Below are positions 16,081-27,300 of a stretch of 41,019 bases of DNA, piece by piece (positions within the stretch are counted from its first letter, which is position 1; each line of letters begins with the position of its first letter). The translations under genes and the position numbers were made by a program. Under the pieces are notes generated by a model. It made no database searches, was not told the DNA's origin, and saw only the letters and a list, made by a program, of their open reading frames with translations. Source of the DNA: Candidatus Thalassarchaeaceae archaeon (GTDB lineage: Archaea; Thermoplasmatota; Poseidoniia; Poseidoniales; Thalassarchaeaceae). Where the stretch lies: positions 1 to 41,019 of the forward strand of contig JASLKH010000099.1 of assembly GCA_030747675.1 (NCBI GenBank), in the 5' to 3' direction.

Positions 16081-18924
16081 TCAAAGACCAAGAGTGTCTC
16101 GAGCAGCATCTAATGCTGAACCCAAACCCTCACCGTTTGATCCACCACCTTGGGCAAAGGTTGGACGACCTCCGCCCCCTCCACCAATATGGCTTGCAAT
16201 TGAATTTAGAATCTCGACTGCATCGTGATTGTCTGCTGCAATGGTGCCTTCTGTAATGGCCACAATGAGTTTTCCCCCACCTTCTCGACTACCGACCACT
16301 GCAACCGTAGGTTTGGATGAATCTCGCGTGAGTTCCCCAACCATTGTCTGCATTTGCTTGAGTTCCCCTGTAGCCTCCATCACCACATAACGAATGCCAT
16401 CCTTCTCTACAGCCTCATCTCCACCACCACTGGTCCGGAGACGAACAATCTCGGCCTCAAGAGACTCAATTCTCTTGGCTTGTGATTTCCACTCATCGAA
16501 GAAGCGTGTAACTGTCTTAGGGAGGTCCTCCGCTGAAACACCTAGAATCTCTGCAGATTCAGCCAACAGGCGCTCTTGGCGCCGGGCGTGCTCACGTGCT
16601 GTTTCCCCTGCCACGATTTGCAGACGCTCTACCCCGTCTTGGACTTGACTGGAGCGCACAATGCGAACTTCTCCTACTTTTCCGACCTCATCATGGTGGG
16701 TTCCGCCGCATGCCTGAACATCATGGGCACCAATTTTGATGATGCGGATTTCACTGTGCTTTGGTGCACCGCCCTGGTACAACTCAAATCCAAATTGAGC
16801 ATCTGCTTCTACTCTAGGAAGAACCATTTTCTCGACTTTCGGATTTTGAGAAATTATTTCGTTCGCATGATCTTCAATTCGGTCAAGGTCATCACGAGAT
16901 AGACGTTCAAAGTGAGTGACGTCAATCCGAGCATATCTTTGACCCTTGCTAGAACCTGCTTGCCAAATGTGTGGGCCAAGAAGGGCACGAGCAGAACCAC
17001 CTACAATGTGTACTGAGGTGTGATGATCCATCAATTGCATTCGACGTTCTGTATCCAACTTACCTTGGACCAACCCACTAATGGCGCCATCAGTCAAATG
17101 AATAATGATGTCACCATCAACTCGTGTATCATGGACACGGACATCACCCAATGTACCTGCATCGCCTAACTGACCACCCCCTTCTGGGTAGAAGAGGGTT
17201 CGGTCAAGTACGACAGCATGGGTTGGTGTACCTGCAACCTCATTCGATAAATTCAGATTTGATGCATCAATTTCAGAACAATACAATACTTCGGCATTGA
17301 ATTCCATGGCTGACGTATCAGCATAGTAATCACGGGATGTTGCTGGTAACCCTGCAGGGAGTAAACTGGTTTTCTTACGTGATTTTGCAGCTGCTTTCGT
17401 TTGTTGTGCATTCCGTGCAGCCATATCTGCGGCAAAGCCCACTCGAATGCTCAGGTTTTCCCAACCGGATCGGTTGGCAATTGAAGCGACCATGTCTGGT
17501 TGTAATCCTCGTTCTTCGGCCAACCTGAAGAGAATCTCGTCAGGAGCATTAGTGGAATCGTGTGGCACATTAGCCAATGCTGTACGGACTGCAGCCTCAC
17601 CTTTGCGAAGCATTTCGTGGTATCGTGCTTCTTCAAGTTCTAAAATTCGAAGAATGCCGTCTCTACTTTGTGCAAAGCCACTCATGTCCAAATTGACATC
17701 CATGTGGTGGGCACCTAATTCTGCAAGGCTGACTTCAATACCTAATTCCCCTTTCATTCGACAAACTCGGCGAGCAAGCATTCGAGCAAGATAACCTGCT
17801 TTGGCATTCGAAGGAACCAATGTGTCCCCTAGCATGTTGCACAATGCATGCATGTGATCAGGGATGGCATAAATTGCTGAAAGCGGTTCAGTTACCGCCT
17901 TTAGTTGCTCAACTGTAACTGCAATTCCCCTCTCAGTTAAACGCTCAGAAAGCCGAACATAAAGCGAGGCGACATCTGTGCCCACATCAATATTCAAAAT
18001 TCCTGCAAGACGAGAAAGTTCTCCCAAAAGTGAATCTATATCTATCTCTCCAAGTGCTGCAAGTTTAGATTCGAAGCCTGAAATCGATTTTAACCAATCA
18101 AGAGATTCCGGGTAAATTGCTTCGTAAATGGTTGGTGTCCCCGCTGCGGCCCAACAAAATCTCTCCAATCCATATCCAGTATCGATGATTTGGAGCGGCA
18201 TCTCGCCATACTTGAGACCCTTAATTTCGACATCGCCATCTTCACGCTCTTCGAGATTCATGAAAACTAAAGTTGCCAGTTCAAGGCCACCAACAATGAC
18301 TTCGACCGCTGGGCCAGCATTACCACCTCCACTCCATGGATTTTCAACGTAGGTGATTTCCATGGGGTCGATACCTAAGGTGTTGACAAAAAGGTCATCA
18401 CAAAACGATACACATTCTTCAATCCAGTACTTTACATCACCTTCTTCGGGCTTGTTAAAGCAATGATGTGCCATCATTTCAAATGTAGTTAAATGCCGAC
18501 CTGAACGACCCACTGCAGCAACATCCGTCAAACGAATACATGGTTGTGAAATTGTCAGAGGGTTGGCAGGAGGAGGCACTTCACCTGAAGTTACATGTGG
18601 CTGAAAATCTGCGATTGAAGCTATCGTCAAGTGGATGTCATCTCTCCATCTTGCAATCACAGGATACGGTTCAACCCGTGTGTGTGAATGGTTCTCAAAA
18701 TATCCCAAGAAAGTCTCCCGCATTGCATCTTTCAACGCTTTCCCTCGTTGTGGAAATCCGTCGATAATTGGTGCACCGATAAATGTGTATTCGTCTTCTG
18801 TGGTATCTCCACTTGTATCGCGATTAGGATCTCGAGTCCAGAACCAAAGGTCTGTAACTCGGCATTTTTTACGAGAGAAACCATTCTCGTGAAAGAACGG
18901 AATATCAACGTCTCCGAATGCCAT
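16081..18924 (-). CDS. alaS: Alanine--tRNA ligase (archaeal type, full length)
   Basis: Motifs TIASIADFQP, SQPCIR, GRHLTTFEMMAHH, WSGGGNAGP, IDTGYGLER, FYPEGGGQ, HHTSVH, CGGTH and a C-terminal GGGGGRPTFAQGGG. Confidence 0.98.
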   Translation of the reverse strand: MAFGDVDIPFFHENGFSRKKCRVTDLWFWTRDPNRDTSGDTTEDEYTFIGAPIIDGFPQRGKALKDAMRETFLGYFENHSHTRVEPYPVIARWRDDIHLTIASIADFQPHVTSGEVPPPANPLTISQPCIRLTDVAAVGRSGRHLTTFEMMAHHCFNKPEEGDVKYWIEECVSFCDDLFVNTLGIDPMEITYVENPWSGGGNAGPAVEVIVGGLELATLVFMNLEEREDGDVEIKGLKYGEMPLQIIDTGYGLERFCWAAAGTPTIYEAIYPESLDWLKSISGFESKLAALGEIDIDSLLGELSRLAGILNIDVGTDVASLYVRLSERLTERGIAVTVEQLKAVTEPLSAIYAIPDHMHALCNMLGDTLVPSNAKAGYLARMLARRVCRMKGELGIEVSLAELGAHHMDVNLDMSGFAQSRDGILRILELEEARYHEMLRKGEAAVRTALANVPHDSTNAPDEILFRLAEERGLQPDMVASIANRSGWENLSIRVGFAADMAARNAQQTKAAAKSRKKTSLLPAGLPATSRDYYADTSAMEFNAEVLYCSEIDASNLNLSNEVAGTPTHAVVLDRTLFYPEGGGQLGDAGTLGDVRVHDTRVDGDIIIHLTDGAISGLVQGKLDTERRMQLMDHHTSVHIVGGSARALLGPHIWQAGSSKGQRYARIDVTHFERLSRDDLDRIEDHANEIISQNPKVEKMVLPRVEADAQFGFELYQGGAPKHSEIRIIKIGAHDVQACGGTHHDEVGKVGEVRIVRSSQVQDGVERLQIVAGETAREHARRQERLLAESAEILGVSAEDLPKTVTRFFDEWKSQAKRIESLEAEIVRLRTSGGGDEAVEKDGIRYVVMEATGELKQMQTMVGELTRDSSKPTVAVVGSREGGGKLIVAITEGTIAADNHDAVEILNSIASHIGGGGGGRPTFAQGGGSNGEGLGSALDAARDTLGL

Positions 18925-18976
18925 GAGAGTCCCTCTACAGTCTTTGGACAGCGCCTTCTCACTTCAAGGAAACTGT

Positions 18977-18995
18977 CGGCACCCAAGGGGTGCCG
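18977..18995. promoter_or_regulatory. Perfect 8-3-8 inverted repeat CGGCACCC-AAG-GGGTGCCG in the alaS/rtcB divergent region
   Basis: Read directly. Confidence 0.45.
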
Positions 18996-20507
18996 GTGCG
19001 AAAGTGCCTAAACGACGCGAAGTTACGGGTGCCTGTGACAGAAGACGCTCGATGGCGTGACCACCTCGAAAAGGCCGGTCCAAGTTTGCATCGAATTAAG
19101 CGACATGATGCTATGTTGGTCGACGCTATGTTAGTTGGCGACAAGGCACATATTAATCGCCATAGCGAAGATCGTTCTCCAGAACAATTAGTCAATACTG
19201 CTTCTCTACCAGGAATTGTGGGGAATGCTTGGGCTATGGCCGATTGGCACTTTGGCTACGGGTTCCCTATTGGAGGAGTTGTTGCAACTGATATTGAAGC
19301 AGGAGGAGTTATTTCACCTGGAGGCGTTGGATTTGACATCAATTGTGGAGTTCGGATGTGTACTCTTGATTTAGAAGTGAAAGATATCAAGGATTTGAAG
19401 AAATTTGGGCGACGTCTCAAAGGCCGTATTCCTGCCGGCCCCTCTGGAAAAGGAGGCGTTGATCTTTCAGAAACAAAAATGGATTCGATTCTCTCAGAAG
19501 GGGCAAAGGCTGCGGCAGAACATGGATGGGGAGAACATCGTGATTTAATTGCCATGGAATCCAATGGCTTACTTGAAACTCAAGAACGTCTCGTTTCCGA
19601 AAGGGCACTCAAGCGAGGATCGCTTTCTCTAGGTACGTTAGGGAGTGGAAATCATTTCTTGGAATTACAAGTTGTTGATCAAATCGTTGATAAAAATGCT
19701 GCAAATGCATTTGGCCTTCGAGAAGGGCAGGTAACTGCAATGATTCATACAGGCTCACGTGGGCTTGGTCATCAAGTATGCTCAGACCATGTCGACTCAT
19801 TGGAAAAGAAATTTCGAAGGCAAGGAAATATGTGGCATTCTGATGAATGGGATTTCAAAATCCCAGATAGGCAATTGGCTGCAGCACCATTCCATTCCAA
19901 TGAGGGGCAGGCCTATTTCGAGGCAATGCAGGCAGCTGGAAATTATGCATTTGCAAATCGGAGTGCATTGACTCAGCGTTTGCGTGATGCCTTGCGGGCC
20001 CATCTAGGCTCTGACGGTGATTTGGAAGTCCTCTATGACGTCTGCCACAATATTGCTAAAGTTGAAAATCATGTAGTTCACAATGAAAATTGTACATGCT
20101 GTGTTCACAGAAAAGGTGCCACGCGTGCATTGGGTGGTGATCATGCTGAATTAGCATCTCGATTTGCGGGAATAGGTCAACCAGTTCTAGTCCCCGGAGA
20201 TATGGGGACTGCATCTTGGGTCCTAGCAGGGCCAACAAAGGGAACAAATGCAGCATTTGGTTCATCTTGCCACGGTGCAGGTCGTGCTCTCTCACGAAGC
20301 CAAGCACGGAAAACGATTGATGCTGAACAATTGCAAAATGAATTGCAAGCACAAGGCATCACTGTACATGCAAATACTCCAAACGTCCTCTCAGAAGAAG
20401 CCCCAAGTGCCTACAAAGATGTTGATGAAGTCATTCGGCTTACTGCGGAAGCAGAACTTGCACGACCAGTAGCAAGGTTGCGCCCATTCTGTGTCATCAA
20501 AGGTTGA
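18990..20507 (+). CDS. rtcB: RtcB RNA/tRNA-splicing ligase
   Basis: Motifs DWHFGYGFPIGG, GFDINCG, GTLGSGNHFLE, HTGSRGLG, DVCHN, VHRKGAT, PGDMG, CHGAGR and EEAPSAYKDV. The true start may be a later GTG (e.g. 19029). Confidence 0.96.
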   Translation: MPVRKCLNDAKLRVPVTEDARWRDHLEKAGPSLHRIKRHDAMLVDAMLVGDKAHINRHSEDRSPEQLVNTASLPGIVGNAWAMADWHFGYGFPIGGVVATDIEAGGVISPGGVGFDINCGVRMCTLDLEVKDIKDLKKFGRRLKGRIPAGPSGKGGVDLSETKMDSILSEGAKAAAEHGWGEHRDLIAMESNGLLETQERLVSERALKRGSLSLGTLGSGNHFLELQVVDQIVDKNAANAFGLREGQVTAMIHTGSRGLGHQVCSDHVDSLEKKFRRQGNMWHSDEWDFKIPDRQLAAAPFHSNEGQAYFEAMQAAGNYAFANRSALTQRLRDALRAHLGSDGDLEVLYDVCHNIAKVENHVVHNENCTCCVHRKGATRALGGDHAELASRFAGIGQPVLVPGDMGTASWVLAGPTKGTNAAFGSSCHGAGRALSRSQARKTIDAEQLQNELQAQGITVHANTPNVLSEEAPSAYKDVDEVIRLTAEAELARPVARLRPFCVIKG

Positions 20508-20551
20508 TTGGAAAAGCCATAGGTTATTTCCTTCAATCCTTTCGGCACCAC

Positions 20552-21010
20552 ATGGACTATTGCAGAAATTGCAATCAATTCCTAGAGCCGAATTGGAATT
20601 CTTGTCCTAATTGCTCAACTCTGATTCGTCATGTTTCTACTAACAATCATCAATCTATACATCCAAGTCAGATTAGGGTACAAGATAGCGTAGTAATGGG
20701 AAATGTCAGTAATACAAGCATCACAAATGTTCAACAAGTTCAAGCGATTAAACAAATTGTAGTCCCAGAAGGACCAGTACAAATTGACTACTTTGGAATG
20801 ATAAGATATACGAGATTCTCGTACAACGTCCTATCTTTTATCGCTTTTTTCGTGGTTATTGTGTTCTGGCTTCCTAACTCTAGTGGAACGATGACAACAG
20901 TGATCCATTACATTCTTGGATACGCGGTACTTGAAACTGTAGTTATGAATTTCTTATTTAGTCAAAAAAAGCAAAGGCGTGCGGAACTGATGCGGGAAAT
21001 ACAACAGTGA
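20552..21010 (+). CDS. Hypothetical protein with an N-terminal zinc ribbon and two C-terminal TM helices
   Basis: CRNC-x10-CPNC right after ATG 20552, a Gln/Asn-rich linker and two hydrophobic segments. Visibly more AT-rich than its neighbours. Confidence 0.6.
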   Translation: MDYCRNCNQFLEPNWNSCPNCSTLIRHVSTNNHQSIHPSQIRVQDSVVMGNVSNTSITNVQQVQAIKQIVVPEGPVQIDYFGMIRYTRFSYNVLSFIAFFVVIVFWLPNSSGTMTTVIHYILGYAVLETVVMNFLFSQKKQRRAELMREIQQ

Positions 21011-21014
21011 TGTT

Positions 21015-21209
21015 TCACATTGAAATGCCGGCACGAGGGGCGCCTGCATGAACTGGTGCTGAACCTGACTGTACTCCATCTGCTTCTTCCATGATAATCG
21101 TCAGTAACGTATTGACAAGTTTTCGTAAATCATCAACTTCACTCTGCAGTTCTGTCATTTCTTGTGTAATTGCCACTCTACGGTTCTCGCTATTGCTCAT
21201 GGTTCCCAT
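21015..21209 (-). CDS. Small (~64 aa) coiled-coil hypothetical protein
   Basis: Heptad pattern ITQEMTELQSEVDDLRKLVNTLLTII. Start is ATG 21209 or 21200; the upstream track extension overlaps the repeat array and is probably non-coding. Confidence 0.55.
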   Translation of the reverse strand: MGTMSNSENRRVAITQEMTELQSEVDDLRKLVNTLLTIIMEEADGVQSGSAPVHAGAPRAGISM

Positions 21210-21235
21210 CCCATCATGAGGAAGTTTTCTTCCTC

Positions 21236-21342
21236 GAAACGCCCTCCAAACTTTACAGTCTATAAAGGAAACGATTTTGTTAGGTTTCATATACCGTTTC
21301 GAAACAGTTTCGAAATCGACCACCGAGCGGTTTCGCGGTTTC
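21236..21342. repeat. Array of eight GTTTC/GAAAC pentamers including the 9-1-9 palindrome TTTCGAAAC-A-GTTTCGAAA (21297-21315)
   Basis: GAAAC at 21236, 21268 and 21301; GTTTC at 21284, 21296, 21307, 21330 and 21338. Confidence 0.7.
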
Positions 21343-21346
21343 GACT

Positions 21347-24300
21347 TTAGCCTAGCAACCGAGCTATGATATCTGCCTTGGTCCCTGAAGTGCCCAAGTT
21401 TCGCTCTTCAGCCAATGAAACCAATTCCGCTTTCTTCATTCGTTTCAATGCGGCTTCTGATGGTAATTCAGTGGCAACTGAATCAATGATTTCGACTTCT
21501 GTGATTTCGGGCTCTGGTTCAATAACTGGCTCTTCTACTACTGGTGACTCCGCCACATAATCCGAACCAAAACCTACTGGGGCAGCCGGAGGTGCTTCTG
21601 TTTCACTGGGAGAATGATGTGCAATTATTTGTTCTGCACTCCAACCCTTGTCCATCCAATTACTAGCCCGTTTGTGGGACCAATCTGGTAAAGCAGCAAC
21701 AACTTCAGCGATTGCTAATTCACGTGGATCTGCTGGTGCACTAGGAGAAAGTTCCTGATTAAGGCCACTAGCCACATATTCTTCTGCAGCTCGTTCTAAC
21801 TCAGATTGTTTGAGATACCCATTTTCATCGGAATCGTATCCACTTGCATGTGCAAGGAATGCATCCTTGTCAAAGATATGGTGCTTGCCAATAATGTGAG
21901 ATACAGTTTCATTGTTGAAGTCCAACGGATATGTGCTTTCCATGGAAACCATCGGTTTAGCTAGCATTTCGATGAAGTCCTTTGCGGCTTGCTCCAATTC
22001 TGAAGCGTCAAGGAATCCATCACGGTCACGGTCATATGTTTGAGCGTGCTTGAGGAAAGCCGTCTTGTCATGAATACTGTAACGTGCCGCTGTATTGGAC
22101 AATGTCTCATCTTCAAAATCAAGTCTGATTCCATTCAAATCATCAATTTCATTCCCATCATCATCATACCAAATGTCGTCGGATTCATCATAATCATCCA
22201 TTGATTCACTAGGTCGACGCATTACTATGACCAGTAGAAGAATTGCGGCCGCACCAATTGCAAATGCAATAATTCCAAGCAATGCAGCATTGTCACTCAG
22301 CGATTCGGATTCTGGCTCAGCAATGATAATCTTCTCAACAGCAATCGAATTGAACTCATCTCCATCAACGATGATGAACAACTTCGCTTCTCCAGACTTC
22401 CATGCTTCCCACTCAAACGTAGCAACACGATTGCTCTGTTTTGCTGTGAAGTTTACAGTGACATTGTCGTCAACAGTTCGCATCGCACCATCGATATCCT
22501 CTACCAATTGAACATTGATTGATCCAGAGCGCATTCCGTTGTTTCGGAAAATTGCATTGATTTCAATGATGCCACCATATTCAGGGATATCTGGATTCAA
22601 GTCCCATCCTGTCAATTCTGGCTCGAATTCAATGAGGGAGAATGATGGTACACGCGGCGTCGATGCTGTCCCTTCACCCGTCAAATCATTGCCTGACAGA
22701 TCAATGCCCGATGCCCAAATTGAAATGTAATCTCCATCACTCAATTTCTCATCTCCTGCCGGGTTCATGTCGAAAATACCGGTGAAGTGGTACTGGCCAT
22801 CCAGTTCATCGACAAATGTGAGTGATGAATTTCCACCCATTCCCATTCGAGGTAAACCATTCACGCGTAAATACGCCCATTCAATTTCCAATGGAGTAGT
22901 TGGGAATCCACCTTGATCCACAATGACGAGGTCGATTGTAACCGCATCCAACCTATCACTTTCGAGATACATTAGTGAGCTGGATGGGAAGCGATATGGG
23001 TCAAAAACAACCTCAGGTGGTTCACTATCAACGACAATTGTTGAGTCCATATTAGGGTCAGATGTTGCCAACCCAGGGAGATTCAGTACCACCACTTGAA
23101 TTGGCATTTCGGGAGTCAATGGTGTTCGTGTTGGTAAAACCAGAATAGAGTTGAATGTGCCTCCTTCTTGAACCGTAACTGTTCGTTCAATGGTTGTTGA
23201 ACCGAAGAGAATTTGCGTCAGGACTGATAAATTCTCAGAGGGGATCTCTAGGGGTATATTCGTTGTTGAATAAACAATCATTCCTTCAACTTCAACTTCA
23301 TCACCCTCTTGCACATGGATCTGGGTAGTAGAACCTGTTGTAACAGGTGGGGTGAGGTCCTCTAAATTGGTGATTACTGCTGTTAACTCATTATCTAATT
23401 TCCAGCGTATCGCATTCAAATTGTTGACATTTGTTACAATTTGCATGTCATCTGTAATCGTAAAACCTGGTACTTGGTGTGACTGAGTAGACGGCATGTC
23501 CCAGCTAACTGAAAATGTGATGTCAACCTTAGAAGTGTCTGCTGACAGTGGTGTGACTACTGCCGAGAGTGGTGTTACAAAACTACCTGCAACTGTCGTC
23601 AAAATATCTTGGCGTGGATCATAATGAATTTCACCCAGTGGTGCATTTACTTGACCTGCAAGATAGACTCCGACATCATCCAATGTTTGGACTCCATTGG
23701 CGTCTTGAATCGTCATTGAGACAGTATGGACTTGACCTGCAAGAAGATGCTCGTCAATTGAATCCAAACCGAATCCCGTATTCAGTAAAACGGTTTCAGT
23801 GTTTTCTGCAGTTTGTAGAGTAGCCCAATCATCGGCGAACCCTGGGCCCCCTCCAGTGTTTCCATCTTGGTAACTATTCCCTGCCCAATCTGTACCGGAT
23901 ATCCACATACTGACTTTCCCATTGAATCCATTTCCACCCACAGGAATATTGCTGAATGTAACTTGTTGCGAGCCACTTCGAAGGGTGTATAGGCTCTCAG
24001 GATAAGTTTGGTATTCATCTGGCTGAGGGGTTCCGTCTGCATTCAAATCATCAATGCCTTCACGCCAATAATTCAGTGTGACTTCTGATGATCGGTCCTG
24101 AGCATCCGATACTGTAATGTAAACAGAAAGTGGAGATACTGGATCCCAAACATACCCATTTGCATCAAGTAATCCAGTTGATGTAGAAACTAGAATTGGT
24201 CCAGCAACAGGTGCTTCATTGTCAGTTAGAATTTCGATAGCCGGTGGAGAAATTGTTGTATCGTTCGCACCAGTGGAACCAGTAATCGGTCCAACGCGTC

Positions 24301-27300
24301 CAATCTTTGGTGACAAAAGTGACAGTGAATTAGATGTCAAAGTCACATTACCACTAAATGTCCCTAACCCATCAGTAGATAGTGGAGTTTCCACACCTGA
24401 ATTATTGATTATCATGGCAAAGTCATCTTGTAATGGACGGAGATTAGGGGTGTTTTGGAATCGTACATTACCACTGACATGGACTTCTTCTCCACTCTGC
24501 ACGTGGAAGGGGTATTCTGGCGAGAATTGATTCGAGATATCGTATCCTGCTTGATTGTAGACGGTGAGTCCACTGATTTCAAGGTCATTTTCAATTGCTT
24601 GTGAACCTGGGCCACCAGTTTGCGCAGTTGCTGGGGCAATACCAACGCCCGTCTGATTATGGGCCAATGCTGACCAAGCAATGTTTGCAACATCATCCCA
24701 TTGCCATGAAACATGGAATCTCCAATCAACTTCAAGAATACCTCCATTTTCCACAATGCTGCAATCCATTTCCATTGGCAATTGACTACTGCCTGAAATT
24801 TGGCTGAAGGTCGGACTACCGGCAGGATCTGCCACTTCAAAGATAATACTCGTACCATCGCTAGCATAACCAGTTAAACTGATTTTGGAAATTTCTGTAT
24901 TGTCATACAAATGTCGGTGGCGTGTTGTAATCTCTGTGACGTCGCCATTTGGATACATAGTCCCTGGTGCAGAGAATGGATAATTGGTAATCATCAATTC
25001 ATGATATACGCCGCCTCCAATTACCACTGCTCCCTTGTCGGCAGTATAAGCAATTGGAATGTCGACTGAAGTAGGTGACCCAGCAAGTACTGCAGCTGCA
25101 TGGTAATCTATAACCTGTTGAGTTAGGGTCGTCAGATTCTCAGAAATTGAATAACCCAAAGTAATTGATCTCACTTCACCAACTTGTGCAATAGTAGTTG
25201 GTAAATTGCTGCTCATGTTTAATTCAACAATGCGCCAGTCTCGATTATTTTGCAGACCACTTTGAGGGGGAATCATGTTAATATGAGCGATTTGAGTAGG
25301 AGAGAGACTAGCTGTATTCAATCCAGAACCGAATGACGTGATACTAGAAGACCCTATGCTCAAATTAACTGGTGCAATACAGGGATCACAGTATATTGAT
25401 ATTGCTCCAGATGTGACTATTGCATCCCCTGGGATGAGTACTGAAACCGTTTCCACTTGATTAGCGAACATATCTAAATCGGATGTCAATTGTTGGTTTT
25501 GAGAGGTTGATACCGTTCCGTCAGCGGCCTCGTGAATGAATTGTTGCCAGCCATGCGCCCCATAGGATGGCCCAATTGGGAACTCCCAATCAACGGTACC
25601 ATCACCCGTTACATCGGCTTCTGGATTGATTGCTGGTTGGGCCATGTCTCCCTCTGCCCAAAGCGAGGAAATATGGCCATTTGGATTGACCTCGATGCGA
25701 ACACCGAAACCTGGTTGAGGATCAGGGAATTGGATGGTCCCAGTAAGGCCTGAAGTACCGATGACATTACCATTAGAATCTACTGCACGAAGAGTAATTT
25801 GAGAACCAACTCCTGCGAAGTCAACAGCCGTTACTGGCCGACTTGAATGTATGAATGGACTATTAATTTGCAATACTGCTGAGCCATTATTGGTCAAATT
25901 CGATTCCCACAAATCAAGATTGGAATTGACGTTCCATCCATTGCCTGGCCCTCGTGCATCAAAAGTTCGAACAGAACCCACATGAACTGCATCAATGAGT
26001 GGAGTGAGGAACGGATCATCTGTACCCATGTTAATTTGTATACGGATGCCATTTGCATGACTAGCACGATCGAGACCATGCAATGAAATGGGGAAAGATA
26101 CATTGTCAAATCCCGCGATGACGTTTCCTGACACATCTAGAACGCTGCCGGTTGCCCAAGTATCAATTGGAATTGTTCCATCGATATCGATGAAACCTAA
26201 GCCAATGTCGTCTAATGCGAGAACATCTGAAATCCAGCCTCCTTCATCGAGGAAATAATCTACTTCTAAGCCAACATCGTCAACATACCAACCATCGTAA
26301 CTGATGATTGAGTCACTCTCAAATGAAAATCGGAACCATACAGTTTGTCCAGAATATGTAGTTAAATCAGCCTCTTTGGTTGACCAGAAATTATGCGGGC
26401 CTTGACAATTGAACCCTGTGCCTACAACGTTGGCACCATTGAAAATACCAACACTGGCAAGATTTGCCCCTGTGTTAAATGACAAGCCTGTTGTGTCATA
26501 CCAATTGTTCCCAGGGTCAAAGTGAGTCCAAGTTTGATTGTCAGTAGAAATGAATACCGCTCCACCATCATAACCTGATTCAGAACACATCCAATGACTA
26601 AATGTCAACCGTGCACTTGCACCAGCAGGGATAGCATACGAGGGGGAAAACAAATGATCCCAATTTGAACCAGAGTATCCTGATTGTAAATTTGTGCCCC
26701 AACCAAATGGTGCTGAAGTCCAAGACGTAGGTCCTTCAGTGGGTTGTCCTTGAAGCGGTCCAAAGTCCCAATCCCCCGTAGAGGACCAACCGGTAGGTGG
26801 GCCATTTGGGGCTCCTGCTTGGCTATCCTCATAGCCATAAGAAAGGGCTAGTGCTCCAGCACCAATTGAAATGTAATTCCAATCACCAGCGATGGCAGTC
26901 CACATTGTATTCGAATTGGATAAGGTATCATCATCCAGAACTGTCCCTGTAGAGGATACTACCGAAATTCGATCCAAGGTGAGCCCTTCTTGCCCATCAG
27001 TTGTTCCTCCATATTGAACTGAAGAATCAGTTTCAACACGGACTGCAATATCAGTCAAGCCACTATTTTGGAATGATGTAGGGATTCCAAGAGCAAGGGT
27101 GACAAAACCATTGGTTTCATCACCGTAATTTACACCATTAATTGTATACCCTGACCCAGGTATGGCACCAGACCGACTTCGACACGCAGTTGTAGTCGCT
27201 GATGTTGAAGATGAAATATCCGTCCATGTCTGGTTATTCGGTGATAATTCAATGCAGAAATTATCGTAAAGTGAACCTTCCAAATCCCATTCCATCTGAA

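Noticed and set aside
18990-20507. Altered RtcB motif (ADWH instead of PDxH) or missing archease as a sign of new function
   Set aside because: The metal- and GMP-binding Asp, Cys and His motifs are intact, and archease is often encoded elsewhere.
21236-21342. CRISPR array, since GTTTC and GAAAC are the ends of many CRISPR repeats
   Set aside because: Only 5-9 bp units recur, there is no repeat-spacer periodicity and there are no cas genes in the window.
21236-21342. Replication origin with ORB elements
   Set aside because: No TTCCAGTGGAAAC-like boxes or G-strings, no adjacent cdc6/orc1 and no long AT-rich unwinding element.
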